A stretch of 64,000 bases of DNA from Gemmatimonadales bacterium (GTDB taxonomy: Bacteria > Gemmatimonadota > Gemmatimonadetes > Gemmatimonadales > GWC2-71-9): positions 1,741 to 65,740 of the forward strand of contig JBDSMU010000070.1 in the NCBI GenBank assembly GCA_039915685.1, in the 5' to 3' direction. Shown here one piece after another: positions 27,414-37,945 of the stretch. Below the pieces are notes generated by a model. The model was given only the letters and a program-made list of their open reading frames with translations. It did not search any database and was not told the origin of the DNA. The position numbers were made by a program, and so were the translations under genes. Position 1 is the stretch's first letter. Every line of letters starts with the position of its first letter.

Positions 27414-28903
27414 CGCGGCAGACGCCCGCAGAGTTCGACGAGGACGCTGTCGATCGCCGGGATCATGCGGGAGCTTCCGAGGGTGTGATGGTTCGCCTGG
27501 ATCGAGAAGACGAGCACGCGACCGTCGGCTCGTTCCACGTACCCCGACAGCGTGTTGACCCGGGAGATGCTACCGGTCTTCGCGCGCACCAGTCCCTCTA
27601 GCGGGGTACCGGTGAATCGCCGCCGCAGCGAGCCTGCCGCGCCCGACAGCGGCAGCGCCGCGGCAAACATCGGATAGTTGGGGTGGCGGCGCATGAAGGT
27701 GAGGAGCCGCGTGAATGCCAGGGGCGAGACCAGATTGTTGGCCGCGAGTCCCGACCCGTCGGTGACGGCAAACTGGGTCGAATCGATCTTCATCGAGTCG
27801 ATCAGGAAGCGCCGTTCCACGCGAAGTCCCTCATCCCATGAACCGGTCGCTCCGAACTGGCGCCCGAGCTGTTTGAGCGTCATCTCCGCAAACCAGTTCT
27901 GCGAGGTATTGAGGATCGGATAGATCCAGTCGCGCAGCGGGCGGGAGGTCAACTCGGCGAGCGGCATTCCGTGCCGCGCGTGGTGGAACGCAAGCGAGTC
28001 ACTGGTGGACGTCACGCCACCCCTGATGGTGATGCCTTCGGCAAGGAGCGCATGCCGAAATGCGAGTGCGGCGAATCGGTTCGGGTCGAGCACGGCAGCG
28101 CTCTCCATCTGGGGGGTCGCGCCAGCTGGTACGACGCCCGTTGCCACATAGCTCATTCCATCTGGGGCGCGCAGCACGTCGAAGGTGCGACGCGTGCCGC
28201 GAGTCCCGATCTCGGCGCGGTTGTCGATCGTTGCCAGGCCGATGTCGGGCGACAGCGTCACTGTTGGTGCACCCCCGGCCGTGTCGCGTGACGTGATCCG
28301 GATGTCCACCGAGTTGTCGTTGAAGCCGAGCGCCGACACTGGTGCGGCGTACCACCAGTAGAGATCGTAGAACTCCCATCCCGGGTGGACGATGGCGTCG
28401 GTGAAGTACGATCCGTCGCCCACCAGGTCGCCAGCTACGCTCCGCACGCCGCGCGACCGAAGCTGCTGGGCAAGATTCTGGTACCGGGCCATCGGGTCGC
28501 GGTCGCAGGCCGCCGTCACGGTGGTGTCCGCCTGGAAACACCGATTCGAGAAGGTGGGGTCGCCTCGCCCGTACAGGACGAGATCACCGCGCAAGATGCC
28601 GTCGATCACCGGTCCGGTTCCATATACCGATGTCTGGACCCGGAAATCTGGGCCGAGCAATGCGCTCGCCACCGCGCTCACGACCAGCTTGGTGTTGCTC
28701 GCTGGCACCATCATGCGATCGGCGTTGCGACCGTAGAGCAACTTGCCGTCGAGGTCGGCGACCGCTACACCCCAGATGTGACGATCGAGCGATGGGCCGT
28801 CGAGGCGGGCATCGAGCCGCTGCGCGAGCGACTGGGCGTGCAGGGGCGCCGCCAGTGCGAGCGCGGCCACGAGCAACTGGCAGGTCCTGAACATCCTAGT
28901 CAT
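27410..28903 (-). CDS. dacB: D-alanyl-D-alanine carboxypeptidase/endopeptidase (PBP4, S13 family)
   Basis: Signal peptide, SxxK box PASNTKL, PBP4-like length; the start is ATG 28903 or 28894; the stop overlaps the fprA-like start (ATGA). Confidence 0.88.
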   Translation of the reverse strand: MTRMFRTCQLLVAALALAAPLHAQSLAQRLDARLDGPSLDRHIWGVAVADLDGKLLYGRNADRMMVPASNTKLVVSAVASALLGPDFRVQTSVYGTGPVIDGILRGDLVLYGRGDPTFSNRCFQADTTVTAACDRDPMARYQNLAQQLRSRGVRSVAGDLVGDGSYFTDAIVHPGWEFYDLYWWYAAPVSALGFNDNSVDIRITSRDTAGGAPTVTLSPDIGLATIDNRAEIGTRGTRRTFDVLRAPDGMSYVATGVVPAGATPQMESAAVLDPNRFAALAFRHALLAEGITIRGGVTSTSDSLAFHHARHGMPLAELTSRPLRDWIYPILNTSQNWFAEMTLKQLGRQFGATGSWDEGLRVERRFLIDSMKIDSTQFAVTDGSGLAANNLVSPLAFTRLLTFMRRHPNYPMFAAALPLSGAAGSLRRRFTGTPLEGLVRAKTGSISRVNTLSGYVERADGRVLVFSIQANHHTLGSSRMIPAIDSVLVELCGRLPR

Positions 28904-29816
28904 AGGCAACTCTCGGGTCGGCGGCAGCGTAACAGAGGTCGGCAATCAGGTTGGCGACCACGAAAATCAGGGAGAGGAAGAGGATGCTTCCCTGGATTGC
29001 CGGCAGGTCGCGCTTGTCGATCGCGGTCAGGACGTATCGGCCCACGCCGGGCCACGAGAATATGGTCTCGGTGAGAATCGAACCGGTGAGATACGATCCG
29101 AAGTCGAGTCCCACCACGGTGATGATCGGGATGAGTGCGTTACCGAGCGCGTGGCGCAGCACCACGACCCGAGAGGTGAGGCCCTTGCTCCGGGCGGTGC
29201 GGACCAGGTCACTTTGGAGAGCCTCCTGCATCGCCGCGCGTGTCATCCGGGCGAGGAATGCCACCGAACGCATCCCCAGCGTAATCGCCGGGAGGATCAG
29301 GAAAAGCAGGCCGCCGTACCCCGACGGGGGGAACCATCGAAGTTGCACCGCAAAGAGCAGGATCATCAGCAACCCGACCCAGTACACCGGGAACGAGATA
29401 CCCAGATATGCCCCTATCGTGGCGATCCGGTCTGACCACGAGCCGGGGCGCATTGCCCCGCGTATCCCGATGGTGAGTCCCAGCACGATGGCGATCGCCA
29501 TCGCTGCTGCGGCGAGGCGCAGTGTTGCGGGAAAGCGGTGGGCCAGTTCATCCACGATCGGGCGGCGGGTGATGTAGCTGCGGCCGAGGTCGCCCTGCAC
29601 CACACCGCCGATGTACCGGCCGAATCGCACAACGAGGGGATCGTCGAGGTGCAGTTCACGTCGGGCACGCTCGATTGTTGCGACATCGGCACGCTCACCG
29701 ACGATCGCCGCGACGGGATCGCCGGGCGCGAGATACAACAGCGCAAAGGTCACCGCCAGCACCCCGAGCAAGGTCGGGATCAGGAGGGCAAGGCGGAGGA
29801 CGATGTAGCGGATCAT
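28896..29816 (-). CDS. ABC transporter permease (DppB/OppB type)
   Basis: MIRYIVLRLALLIPTLLGVLAVTFALLYLAPGDP canonical N-terminus; ATGA overlap with the SBP gene. Confidence 0.88.
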   Translation of the reverse strand: MIRYIVLRLALLIPTLLGVLAVTFALLYLAPGDPVAAIVGERADVATIERARRELHLDDPLVVRFGRYIGGVVQGDLGRSYITRRPIVDELAHRFPATLRLAAAAMAIAIVLGLTIGIRGAMRPGSWSDRIATIGAYLGISFPVYWVGLLMILLFAVQLRWFPPSGYGGLLFLILPAITLGMRSVAFLARMTRAAMQEALQSDLVRTARSKGLTSRVVVLRHALGNALIPIITVVGLDFGSYLTGSILTETIFSWPGVGRYVLTAIDKRDLPAIQGSILFLSLIFVVANLIADLCYAAADPRVAYD

Positions 29817-31342
29817 CGGGTAAAGCGTACCCCGGTCCAACGCTGTCCGGTGAACACGGCCGGAAATTCCCAACCCACGACCTCGGGTCGCATTGCCCAG
29901 AGATCGGTCGGGAACCAGAGGAATATCCAAGGCGCGCGTTCGAAGATGCCCGCGTCGATGGCGCGGAGGAGAGCCACTTTGTCGACCGAGTCCGGGGTGG
30001 CACGAGCGCGTTCCAGGGCGGCGTCGAGAGCGCTGTCACCCACGAACGCATAGTTGCCGCCGGTGCCTGCGTTGGACGAATGAAAGAGCGGGAAGGTGAA
30101 GTTCTCGCCGTCCGGATAGTCGGCCCACCAGTCTGAGAGGAAGAGGTCGGCGTCGCCCTTTCGGGCCGCCGAACGGGCCGTCGAGGCATCGCGCTCGACG
30201 ATCTCGACTGCGATGCCCACCCGTTCGAGATCGGCCTGGATCGCCTGCGCGATCCGCGCGAACTCCGCCCGCTGGCTTCGCCACAGCTGGAGCTTGAGAC
30301 CTCCCTTGTGCCCTGCTTCGGCAAGCAGCGCGCGGGCTCGGGCGGGATCGAACGCGTAGCGGTCGCGCGGCGCGAACCCATCGAGGCCGGGCGGGATCGT
30401 TCCGGCAGCGAGCACGCCGCGGCCCTGCGCCACGCGGTCGAGAATCGCAGGGACATTGACGGCGTGGTTGATCGCGCGTCGCACCCGCACGTCGGCAAGC
30501 GGGCCGCGCGTGGTGTTGATCGCGACGTACACCGCCCTGAACGCAGCGCGACGCTGCAGCTCGGCGCCGTGCTCGCGTTCCCATCGCTGGGTTTCACCCG
30601 CCGGAATTTCCACCACCGACAGCCGCCCCGATTCATACTCGGCGGCTTGGGTGAAGGTCTCGGGGATCAACCGGATTCTCAACGTGTCGGCGAGTGGTGC
30701 GCCGCCGTACCAATCGTCGTTGCGAGCTAGGACCAGCAGGTCATCGTGCGACCACGAGACGAACTTCCACGGCCCGCTCCCGATTGGATGCTCGCCGAAA
30801 TCGTCGGGAGTGGGGGTCGGCACGATAGCGGCGACCGGCATGGCGATCAGTTTCGGGAAAATGTTGAGCGGTTCCACCAGAGTGAAGGCAATGGTCGTGT
30901 CATCGACGATCGTGAGGCCCCTCAATGTTGACGCACCGGAGTCCACGACGGCGGCCGCGCCGTCGATGGGGAGGAGCGGCCAGACCCGCCCGCCCTCGCG
31001 GGCCATTTCCAGCGCTCGCATGAAGGAGGCGGCGATCGCCTTCACGTCGACCGGTCGCCCGTCGTGGAATCGCGCTCCCCGGCGAATCGTAAATGTCCAG
31101 GTTCGCCCGTCGGGCGACGGTGTCCAGGCGGTGGCAAGTCCACCGACCAGCCTCCCCTCGGGGTCGAACTGGGTCAGGTTGTCGAACAGGAGTGTGACCG
31201 ACTCGCCCGTCGGGACGTCCGTTGAAAGAGCAGGGTCCAGTGACCTCGGGTCGGCCGAGAAGTAGTAGGTCAGGCCGGGCGGGATGCCGCTCCCACAGCC
31301 GAGCAGGACCGCGGCGACCACAATGACAGCCAGTCGTGCCAT
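29813..31342 (-). CDS. ABC transporter substrate-binding protein, family 5 (peptide/nickel type)
   Basis: Lipobox LLGCGS; 509 aa; family-5 SBP pattern (LFDNLTQFDPEG..., WKFVSW). Confidence 0.88.
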   Translation of the reverse strand: MARLAVIVVAAVLLGCGSGIPPGLTYYFSADPRSLDPALSTDVPTGESVTLLFDNLTQFDPEGRLVGGLATAWTPSPDGRTWTFTIRRGARFHDGRPVDVKAIAASFMRALEMAREGGRVWPLLPIDGAAAVVDSGASTLRGLTIVDDTTIAFTLVEPLNIFPKLIAMPVAAIVPTPTPDDFGEHPIGSGPWKFVSWSHDDLLVLARNDDWYGGAPLADTLRIRLIPETFTQAAEYESGRLSVVEIPAGETQRWEREHGAELQRRAAFRAVYVAINTTRGPLADVRVRRAINHAVNVPAILDRVAQGRGVLAAGTIPPGLDGFAPRDRYAFDPARARALLAEAGHKGGLKLQLWRSQRAEFARIAQAIQADLERVGIAVEIVERDASTARSAARKGDADLFLSDWWADYPDGENFTFPLFHSSNAGTGGNYAFVGDSALDAALERARATPDSVDKVALLRAIDAGIFERAPWIFLWFPTDLWAMRPEVVGWEFPAVFTGQRWTGVRFTR

Positions 31343-31409
31343 GCGACTCCAGGGGATGGGCGGGTGACCGAAGGTTGGCGTAACCCCTTCAAGAAACCAG
31401 ATTTAGAGG

Positions 31410-33557
31410 ATGCGGTCAATTTTGGCGGGAAGCTCGCTCTGCAAATCTCGGCTCGGGACGTTCGGCGTCATCGCTGCGGCGCTGATCTGCCTCGGCGTGG
31501 CGCGTCCCGTTGCGGCGCAGTTGCAGCAGCCGCTGGTGATCCGCGCGCTCAAGTTTCAGGGCAACAAGTCAATCGATGTCGAGTTTCTCGCCACGTCGAT
31601 TCGCACGACAAATTCTGCATCGTTTGCCCGGCTGCCGCTGATACGTTCGCTCGGACTGGGCGAGAAGCGTTACTTCGATGAACGTGACTTCCAAGCGGAC
31701 GTGCTCCGGCTCGGCATCCTCTACAAGCGTAGCGGGTTTCCTGATGTTGTGGTCGACACGGTGGTCGAGCGATCACGCGAGAGCGTCAAGCTCACATTCC
31801 GGATCACCGAGGGTGAGCCGATCCGAATCTCGCGACTTGATGTCACCGGGATCGATACGCTGGCGGACGCGTCGACGCTGCGGCGCGACCTTCCAGTGGC
31901 TGAGGGTGATCCGTTCTCGGAGTTTGCGCTGATCGCCGCCGCCGACACCCTTGGCACGCGACTGCTCAACGCCGGGTATCCCACGGCGAGCGTCGACCTG
32001 GTCTTCGGAACCGCCGACACGGCCAGGCACCTGCGCACCGCTGAGCTCCATGCCGAACCGGGGCGCCGTGCCGTGTATGGTGACACCCGGGTGGTGGGCT
32101 ACTCACGAATCGACTCCAGCTTCATCGCGTCGCTGGTCACCGCCCGCGAGGGAAACACCTATCGCTACCGGGATGTCTTCCGGTCTCAGCGCTCGCTCTA
32201 CGGATCCGAGTTGTTCCGACTGGCGACCGTGGGCATCGATACTGCCCGGTTCACCCCTGGTGATTCCATTGTGCCGATGCTGGTCACCGTCACGGAGGGC
32301 CGGTTCCACCGCGCACGCGCCTCGGCTGGCTATGGTACCATCGACTGCCTGCGAGCAGGGGCAGGGTGGACAGCGCGCAATTTCCTGGGAAATGGCCGCG
32401 TGCTCGACGTCTCGGGACGCCTCTCCAAGATTGGCGTCGGCGATCCGCTTGGTTTCGGGCTTGAGCGCTCGCTCTGCTCCCCGCTCGCCAATGACTCGAT
32501 CGGCTCGCGCCGGGTGAACTACGGACTCAACACCTCGATTCGTCGCAATGGATTCCTCTCGCCTGACAACACCGGCGTGCTGGCGGTGTTCGTCGAGCGC
32601 CGTAGCGAGTTCAATGTGTATGAACGGGAGGAACTCGGCGCGTCGATCACGATTACGCGCGAGACCGCCGCCCGCGTGCCGATCACCGTGAGCTATCGGG
32701 CAGCGTACGGACAGACCAGGGCAAGCGATGCCTCGTTTTGTGCGTTCTTCAACGCCTGCGCTGGCACCGACATCGTGGAGCTTCGGCAGCGGCGCTGGCT
32801 CACGACGCTGTCGCTGAATGCCACCCGGCAGCGTGTCAACAACATCCTCGATCCGACCCGCGGGAGCACGATCTCGGCCGGCGTGACGTTGGCCAGCAAG
32901 CTCCTGGGATCGTCGAATGTTCAGCAATTCACTCGGGTGGTGGCAGAGGCGGCGCGCTACGTGCCACTCACCCGGAGCATCGTGCTGGCCACGCACGTGC
33001 GGGGTGGCTACATCTTCGCGCCCCGTTCGACGCTCGGTGGGGGATCGAACTTCATCCCGCCTGACCAGCGGTTCTACGCAGGCGGACCGAATGATGTGCG
33101 CGGGTACGACCGCAACGAACTCGGTCCGGTGGTGTATGTAGTGCCGCGCGATTCAATCATTCCACCCACGGACAGCATCCCGCTCGGCTTTCGGGAACGG
33201 GACGCCCGCCCCGCCGCTACTGGTGGAAACAAGGTGGTGGTGGCGAATGTCGAGCTCCGCCTGCCATCCCCCGTTTTCAGCAATCGGATGCGGTTCGCGG
33301 TGTTCGTCGATGCGGGTGCCGTGGGGGATTCCCGCAGTGCGAGCGAAATCAGGATCACTCCTGGCGCCGGGGTTCGGTTTGCCTCTCCGCTCGGACCGAT
33401 CCGCTTCGACATCGGCTACAACCGCTACCGTCTGGCACGTGGTCCGGTGTACACGACGTCGCCTGAGGGCGACCTGATCCTGATTCGCGAAAACTTCTCG
33501 CGCGACAACACCGGCGGCCGGTGGACGCTGCACTTCTCGGTGGGGCAGGCCTTCTGA
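31410..33557 (+). CDS. tamA: Omp85 family outer-membrane protein (TamA/BamA-like) with POTRA repeats
   Basis: Signal peptide, POTRA-like repeats (IRALKFQGNKS..., ISRLDVTG), beta-barrel ending in the aromatic signature ...HFSVGQAF; sits immediately upstream of tamB. Confidence 0.85.
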   Translation: MRSILAGSSLCKSRLGTFGVIAAALICLGVARPVAAQLQQPLVIRALKFQGNKSIDVEFLATSIRTTNSASFARLPLIRSLGLGEKRYFDERDFQADVLRLGILYKRSGFPDVVVDTVVERSRESVKLTFRITEGEPIRISRLDVTGIDTLADASTLRRDLPVAEGDPFSEFALIAAADTLGTRLLNAGYPTASVDLVFGTADTARHLRTAELHAEPGRRAVYGDTRVVGYSRIDSSFIASLVTAREGNTYRYRDVFRSQRSLYGSELFRLATVGIDTARFTPGDSIVPMLVTVTEGRFHRARASAGYGTIDCLRAGAGWTARNFLGNGRVLDVSGRLSKIGVGDPLGFGLERSLCSPLANDSIGSRRVNYGLNTSIRRNGFLSPDNTGVLAVFVERRSEFNVYEREELGASITITRETAARVPITVSYRAAYGQTRASDASFCAFFNACAGTDIVELRQRRWLTTLSLNATRQRVNNILDPTRGSTISAGVTLASKLLGSSNVQQFTRVVAEAARYVPLTRSIVLATHVRGGYIFAPRSTLGGGSNFIPPDQRFYAGGPNDVRGYDRNELGPVVYVVPRDSIIPPTDSIPLGFRERDARPAATGGNKVVVANVELRLPSPVFSNRMRFAVFVDAGAVGDSRSASEIRITPGAGVRFASPLGPIRFDIGYNRYRLARGPVYTTSPEGDLILIRENFSRDNTGGRWTLHFSVGQAF

Positions 33558-36500
33558 TGCGCTGGGCGAAACGGATCACCGCCGGCCTGATTGCACCGCC
33601 CACCGTGATCGTGGCGACGGTGCTCGGCACGATCGCGGCACTGATCTGGTCGCCGCCCGGTCGGGCCCTCAGCGCGCGGCTGGCAACCGACTTGATCACG
33701 TCGAGTGTCGACGGCCGCGTCGAGATCGGGGCCATTCGCGGCAACGTCATCAATCATCTGGTGCTCGAGAACGTGCGGATCACTGACTCGTCGGGCGCGC
33801 CGGTGGTCGAGGCGCCCCGGATCGAGGTACGCTACCTCCTCCCCGAGCTCATGGCGGGGCGCCTGGTCTTCAGTGAGCTCAGGGCCGACCGCCCGGTGAT
33901 CCACTTGGTGAAGCTGCGCAACGGATACTGGAACTACGAGAAGGTGTTCAGGGTGCGGAAGGGCGACACCACCCTGACGCGGCCCCCGCAGTTGATCGAA
34001 CTGCACAACGTCACGCTGCGTGACGCGACGATCCGCATCGACGTACCGACCACGCCCCGCCCGCCGAAGGCGCCAATCTCGAGGAATGCACGCCAGCCGG
34101 CGCAGGCTCGGATTGAGCGCGGGGTAGACGGGCCAGTGCGGGTGTATGAACTCACGAACGCATCCGGACATCTCTCGCTCATCCGGGTCTCCACGCCCCA
34201 ACGGGACCCGCTCCTGATCCAGATCGACGAGTTGCGGACCAACCTGAGCGATCCCGCGCTGACGATCACCTCGGCGGAGGGCGAGATCATCACCGCAGCC
34301 GACTCGGTGCGCTTTACCTTCGCGCACCTCGAGATGCCGGGCACGTCGGTACGTGGTGGCGGAGCGATTCGGTTTCCGCACGACACCGTCCTCTTCGATT
34401 TCGCGCTTGATGCCGACACGGTGGACCTGAGCGACCTGCGCTGGATCTCGCCGGATTTTCCCTCGTGGCAGGGGAAGGGGCGGGTGGAGGCGTTGTCGCG
34501 AAGCGGTTCGCGCACCGACTATGCCCTGACCAACCTTGCGCTCGGTGCCGGCGACGCGCTTGCGGTCGGACAATTGGTTGCGGTGGTCGACATTCAGCGC
34601 GGACTGGGGATGCGTGACCTTGATCTCACGTTGCGCGACGTACCGCTCGACGTTGCCCGCCCCTACCTCGACACGCTGCCCTTCCGCGGGCCGATATCAG
34701 GACGGATCACGGCCGACGGCTTCCTCGACAGGATGGTACTGGGCGGCGACCTGGTCCTCGCCGACGCGCTGGTCCCCGGGATGCCGCGTTCGCACTTCAT
34801 CTTCAACGGCGCGATTCATTTCGGCGGCGCGAACGGCGCAGTATTCGAGCGGTTCCGTCTCACCGATTCGGATATTGATCTGGCGACCGTGCAACGCCTG
34901 GTGCCGGCCGTGGTGATTCCCGGCGACCTCAGGCTCACCGGTGTTCTCGACGGACCCTGGCTGAACGCCCGGTTCGAGGGACTCGCCGAACACGTGCCGC
35001 CGAACAACGCTCGAAGCAGAATGAACGGTTCGGTCCGGTTCGACGCCCGCGGCGCGATCCTCGGCTTGGCACTCGACGCCACCTTCCCGGTGGTCTCGTT
35101 TGATGGCCTCCGGACTGGGTACCCCAGCCTCACCCCGGTGGGATCAGTGTCGGGCCGCGTCACCGCGTTCGGACCGATTTCGAACCTCGACTTGCTGGCA
35201 GACCTGGAGGGGGAGATCGGCGTTGTGCACGCCCGCGGTCGGATCGGCCTCGACGCCCCGCGGTTGTCCGCCAACGCGCTGGTGCTCGACGTCGAGCGGC
35301 TCGACATGCGTGCCCTCCTCGGCACCGGCGAGCCGACATCGCTCAACGGCAGGATCACGGCGACTGGCGTGATCGACCCAGTGGACCCGCCGACAGGGAC
35401 CCTTGACGTTGCGTTGTCGCCGTCAAGCGTTGGAGGTATCGAACTCACGTCGGTGCTGGCTTCGGTCGCCGCATCGGGTGGGCTGATCCGTATTGATACG
35501 GCTGCCGTCGTCTGGCCCGCAGGCAGGGCGTCGGCCAGCGGGTCGATTGGCTGGGCGGCGCCGAGCAGCGGGACGCTCGCTGTCGAGGTTGAGGCGACGT
35601 CGCTGACACCGTTTGACTCGCTGGTTCGCGCGATGACCGGTTTTGCCCCTGACACCGTTGACCCTCGAACCTTCGACGGTACGGGCACCGCGTCACTGGT
35701 GGTGAGCGGGGCACTCGATCGTCTCGACATCGCCGGGACGTTCGCCGCGCAGCATATCCGGCTCGACGACTGGTATGTCGCGAACCTGAGCGGAGAGGTC
35801 CGGGCCGACTCCCTCGGCGCGCGCCAGATAGTCGTCGACGCCACGATCGACACGTTGCTCGCCGGAGTGCAACTCGTTCGAAACATCAACTTCACCGCTG
35901 GAGGGCGATCCGACTCGCTTGCACTCGCGGGCAAGGCCGATGTCGGTCTCGCCACGTTCAGCGGTGGCGGGCGGTGGCGGACACTGCCCTCCCTGTCGAT
36001 GATCGAGGTCGACTCGGTCACCATGGGACTACCGCGACAGGACTGGCGGCTGGTCCGTCCAGTCACCTTTTCGATCCGCGACGGAATGACCGTGCTTTCC
36101 GACACGCTCATGCTGCGCACTCCCGACGGCAGCGGTGCCGTGACAGTGAGCGGAACGGTCCCCGGTGCGTCGCAGGGGGAACTCCGCGCCAGCGTCGTTG
36201 GGCTCGACCTCGCTGATGTGTTCGCCGTGCTCTACAGTGACAGTCTCCTGGGACGGGGGCTCGCATCGCTCGACTTCCGGCTCGCGGGCACGAAGTTTCT
36301 GCCGACCCTGCGCGGGAACGTTTCGGTGACGGGGCCGGTGCTCGGCGACGTACGTCCGCCGATGTTGCGCGGGGCGTTTGACTATGGCGCGCAGCGGTTG
36401 CGGTCGAACCTGGCCTTCTGGAAGACCGGGGAGCCGGTGCTCGAGGTCGATCTTTCCGTGCCGTTCGACCTGGCGCTTACCGGCCGACCGACTCGACGCC

Positions 36501-37945
36501 TGCCGGGGCCGATCGAGGTCACTGCGCTCGCCGATTCCGCGGACCTTTCATTGCTCGAGGCGTTCACTCCGTCCATCCGCAGCGCACGTGGTTTTCTGCA
36601 GGTCGACATGCACGGCAGCGGGACCTGGGAGTCGCCGCGGCTCGAGGGAACCGTCGCCATCATCGACGGCCGCATGACGCTCCCGGACCTCGGGGTCCGC
36701 TACGGTCCCATCAATGGCGTAGCCCGCTTCGCAGGCGACTCGCTGCTGATCGACACGCTCTCGGTGGGCAGCGGCGAGGGTCTGGCGTCAGTGAGCGGGA
36801 GCTTCCGTTTCCGTGACCTCGCTTCGCCCGAACTCAATCTCCGAGTGACCTCCGCTGGCTTCCTGGCTGTCGACGTGGTGGGCTTCATGAAGATGCGTCC
36901 CACGGGCGAGGTGACGCTTCGGGGACCGCTCAATCATCCGGTGATGCGCGGAACGCCGGCGGGCATCTTCATCGAGGACAGCGACATCTACTTTGCGGAC
37001 CTGTTGACGAAGAACGTTATCAATCTGGACGATCCGGTGAACGCCGCGTTTGTCGACACGGTGGCCCTGCGCAAGCAGGGACTCAGCGCGCGTTTCCAGA
37101 GCAGGTTCCTGGACTCGCTGCGGATCGAGCCGATCAATGTGCAGATCGGGACCGATGTCTGGCTCAAGTCGGGAGAGGCGAACATCCAGCTCGAGGGAGA
37201 TGTGACGGCGCAGAAGATCGGCCAGGCTTATGGCCTGATCGGCAACTTGAATACCCCGCGCGGGACCTACACGGTCAAGATTCTTGCCTTCAACATCGAT
37301 TTCGATGTTCAGCGCGGTTCGGTGCGGTACTTTGGCACCCCCGACCTCAACGCTGCGCTCGACATCCTCGCCAGCAACACGGTGCGCACCCAGGATGGCG
37401 ACGAGATCCAGATCCAGGCCCAGATCGGCGGAACCATTCTGATCCCGACCCTGAAACTCACCGCGCCCGGACGCAACATTCCCGAGCGCGACCTGATCTC
37501 CTATCTCGTGTTCGGGCGCCCCGAGTTCGACGTCGCGAGCAGCGGCGAATCACAGGCACTTCAGCTCGCCATCGGCGCGCTCGCCACCGAGACCGAAAGG
37601 GTTCTCGTGAACGACCTCGGCTTGGGGGTGGAGACCATCCAGATCCGTCCTGGCGGGGTACCGGGGCAGGGGACGTCGTTCACCACTATCGCCATCGGGC
37701 GGCAATTCGGCGAAAAGTGGTACGTGACCGGCAACGTCGGTGTCTGTTTCGGCCAGCGCTCGAACGGGTTCGGGGCGCGTAACTTCGGCGCATCGGTGGA
37801 GTACCGCTTTGCCCGCAACTGGCGCGCACAGGCCTCCGCCGAGCCCGTGCAGGCATGTTCCTCGAACCGCGCTTCGGATCTCCTCACCAACCTGCAGGGT
37901 CGCTACCAGCTTGGTGCAGACCTGCTCTGGGACCGCGAGTACTAG
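33557..37945 (+). CDS. tamB: translocation and assembly module protein TamB (AsmA-like, DUF490 C-terminus)
   Basis: 1462 aa, N-terminal anchor, long beta-rich repeat body, conserved C-terminal segment; ATG shares a base with the tamA stop. Confidence 0.85.
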   Translation: MRWAKRITAGLIAPPTVIVATVLGTIAALIWSPPGRALSARLATDLITSSVDGRVEIGAIRGNVINHLVLENVRITDSSGAPVVEAPRIEVRYLLPELMAGRLVFSELRADRPVIHLVKLRNGYWNYEKVFRVRKGDTTLTRPPQLIELHNVTLRDATIRIDVPTTPRPPKAPISRNARQPAQARIERGVDGPVRVYELTNASGHLSLIRVSTPQRDPLLIQIDELRTNLSDPALTITSAEGEIITAADSVRFTFAHLEMPGTSVRGGGAIRFPHDTVLFDFALDADTVDLSDLRWISPDFPSWQGKGRVEALSRSGSRTDYALTNLALGAGDALAVGQLVAVVDIQRGLGMRDLDLTLRDVPLDVARPYLDTLPFRGPISGRITADGFLDRMVLGGDLVLADALVPGMPRSHFIFNGAIHFGGANGAVFERFRLTDSDIDLATVQRLVPAVVIPGDLRLTGVLDGPWLNARFEGLAEHVPPNNARSRMNGSVRFDARGAILGLALDATFPVVSFDGLRTGYPSLTPVGSVSGRVTAFGPISNLDLLADLEGEIGVVHARGRIGLDAPRLSANALVLDVERLDMRALLGTGEPTSLNGRITATGVIDPVDPPTGTLDVALSPSSVGGIELTSVLASVAASGGLIRIDTAAVVWPAGRASASGSIGWAAPSSGTLAVEVEATSLTPFDSLVRAMTGFAPDTVDPRTFDGTGTASLVVSGALDRLDIAGTFAAQHIRLDDWYVANLSGEVRADSLGARQIVVDATIDTLLAGVQLVRNINFTAGGRSDSLALAGKADVGLATFSGGGRWRTLPSLSMIEVDSVTMGLPRQDWRLVRPVTFSIRDGMTVLSDTLMLRTPDGSGAVTVSGTVPGASQGELRASVVGLDLADVFAVLYSDSLLGRGLASLDFRLAGTKFLPTLRGNVSVTGPVLGDVRPPMLRGAFDYGAQRLRSNLAFWKTGEPVLEVDLSVPFDLALTGRPTRRLPGPIEVTALADSADLSLLEAFTPSIRSARGFLQVDMHGSGTWESPRLEGTVAIIDGRMTLPDLGVRYGPINGVARFAGDSLLIDTLSVGSGEGLASVSGSFRFRDLASPELNLRVTSAGFLAVDVVGFMKMRPTGEVTLRGPLNHPVMRGTPAGIFIEDSDIYFADLLTKNVINLDDPVNAAFVDTVALRKQGLSARFQSRFLDSLRIEPINVQIGTDVWLKSGEANIQLEGDVTAQKIGQAYGLIGNLNTPRGTYTVKILAFNIDFDVQRGSVRYFGTPDLNAALDILASNTVRTQDGDEIQIQAQIGGTILIPTLKLTAPGRNIPERDLISYLVFGRPEFDVASSGESQALQLAIGALATETERVLVNDLGLGVETIQIRPGGVPGQGTSFTTIAIGRQFGEKWYVTGNVGVCFGQRSNGFGARNFGASVEYRFARNWRAQASAEPVQACSSNRASDLLTNLQGRYQLGADLLWDREY

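Noticed and set aside
31952-31966. sigma54 promoter-like TGGCACGCGACTGCT
   Set aside because: The GG-to-GC spacing is 9 nt rather than 10, there is no TTGC -12 box, and it lies inside the tamA coding sequence. No better -24/-12 match was noticed by eye elsewhere.
34816-36120. 434-aa minus-strand ORF inside tamB, and similar long antisense ORFs (9587-10795 +, 40626-41777 -, 43532-44869 -, 41981-42889 -)
   Set aside because: All overlap genes with strong family motifs on the other strand. Their compositions (Arg/Ser/Pro/Ala-rich) are those expected from reverse frames of high-GC coding DNA.
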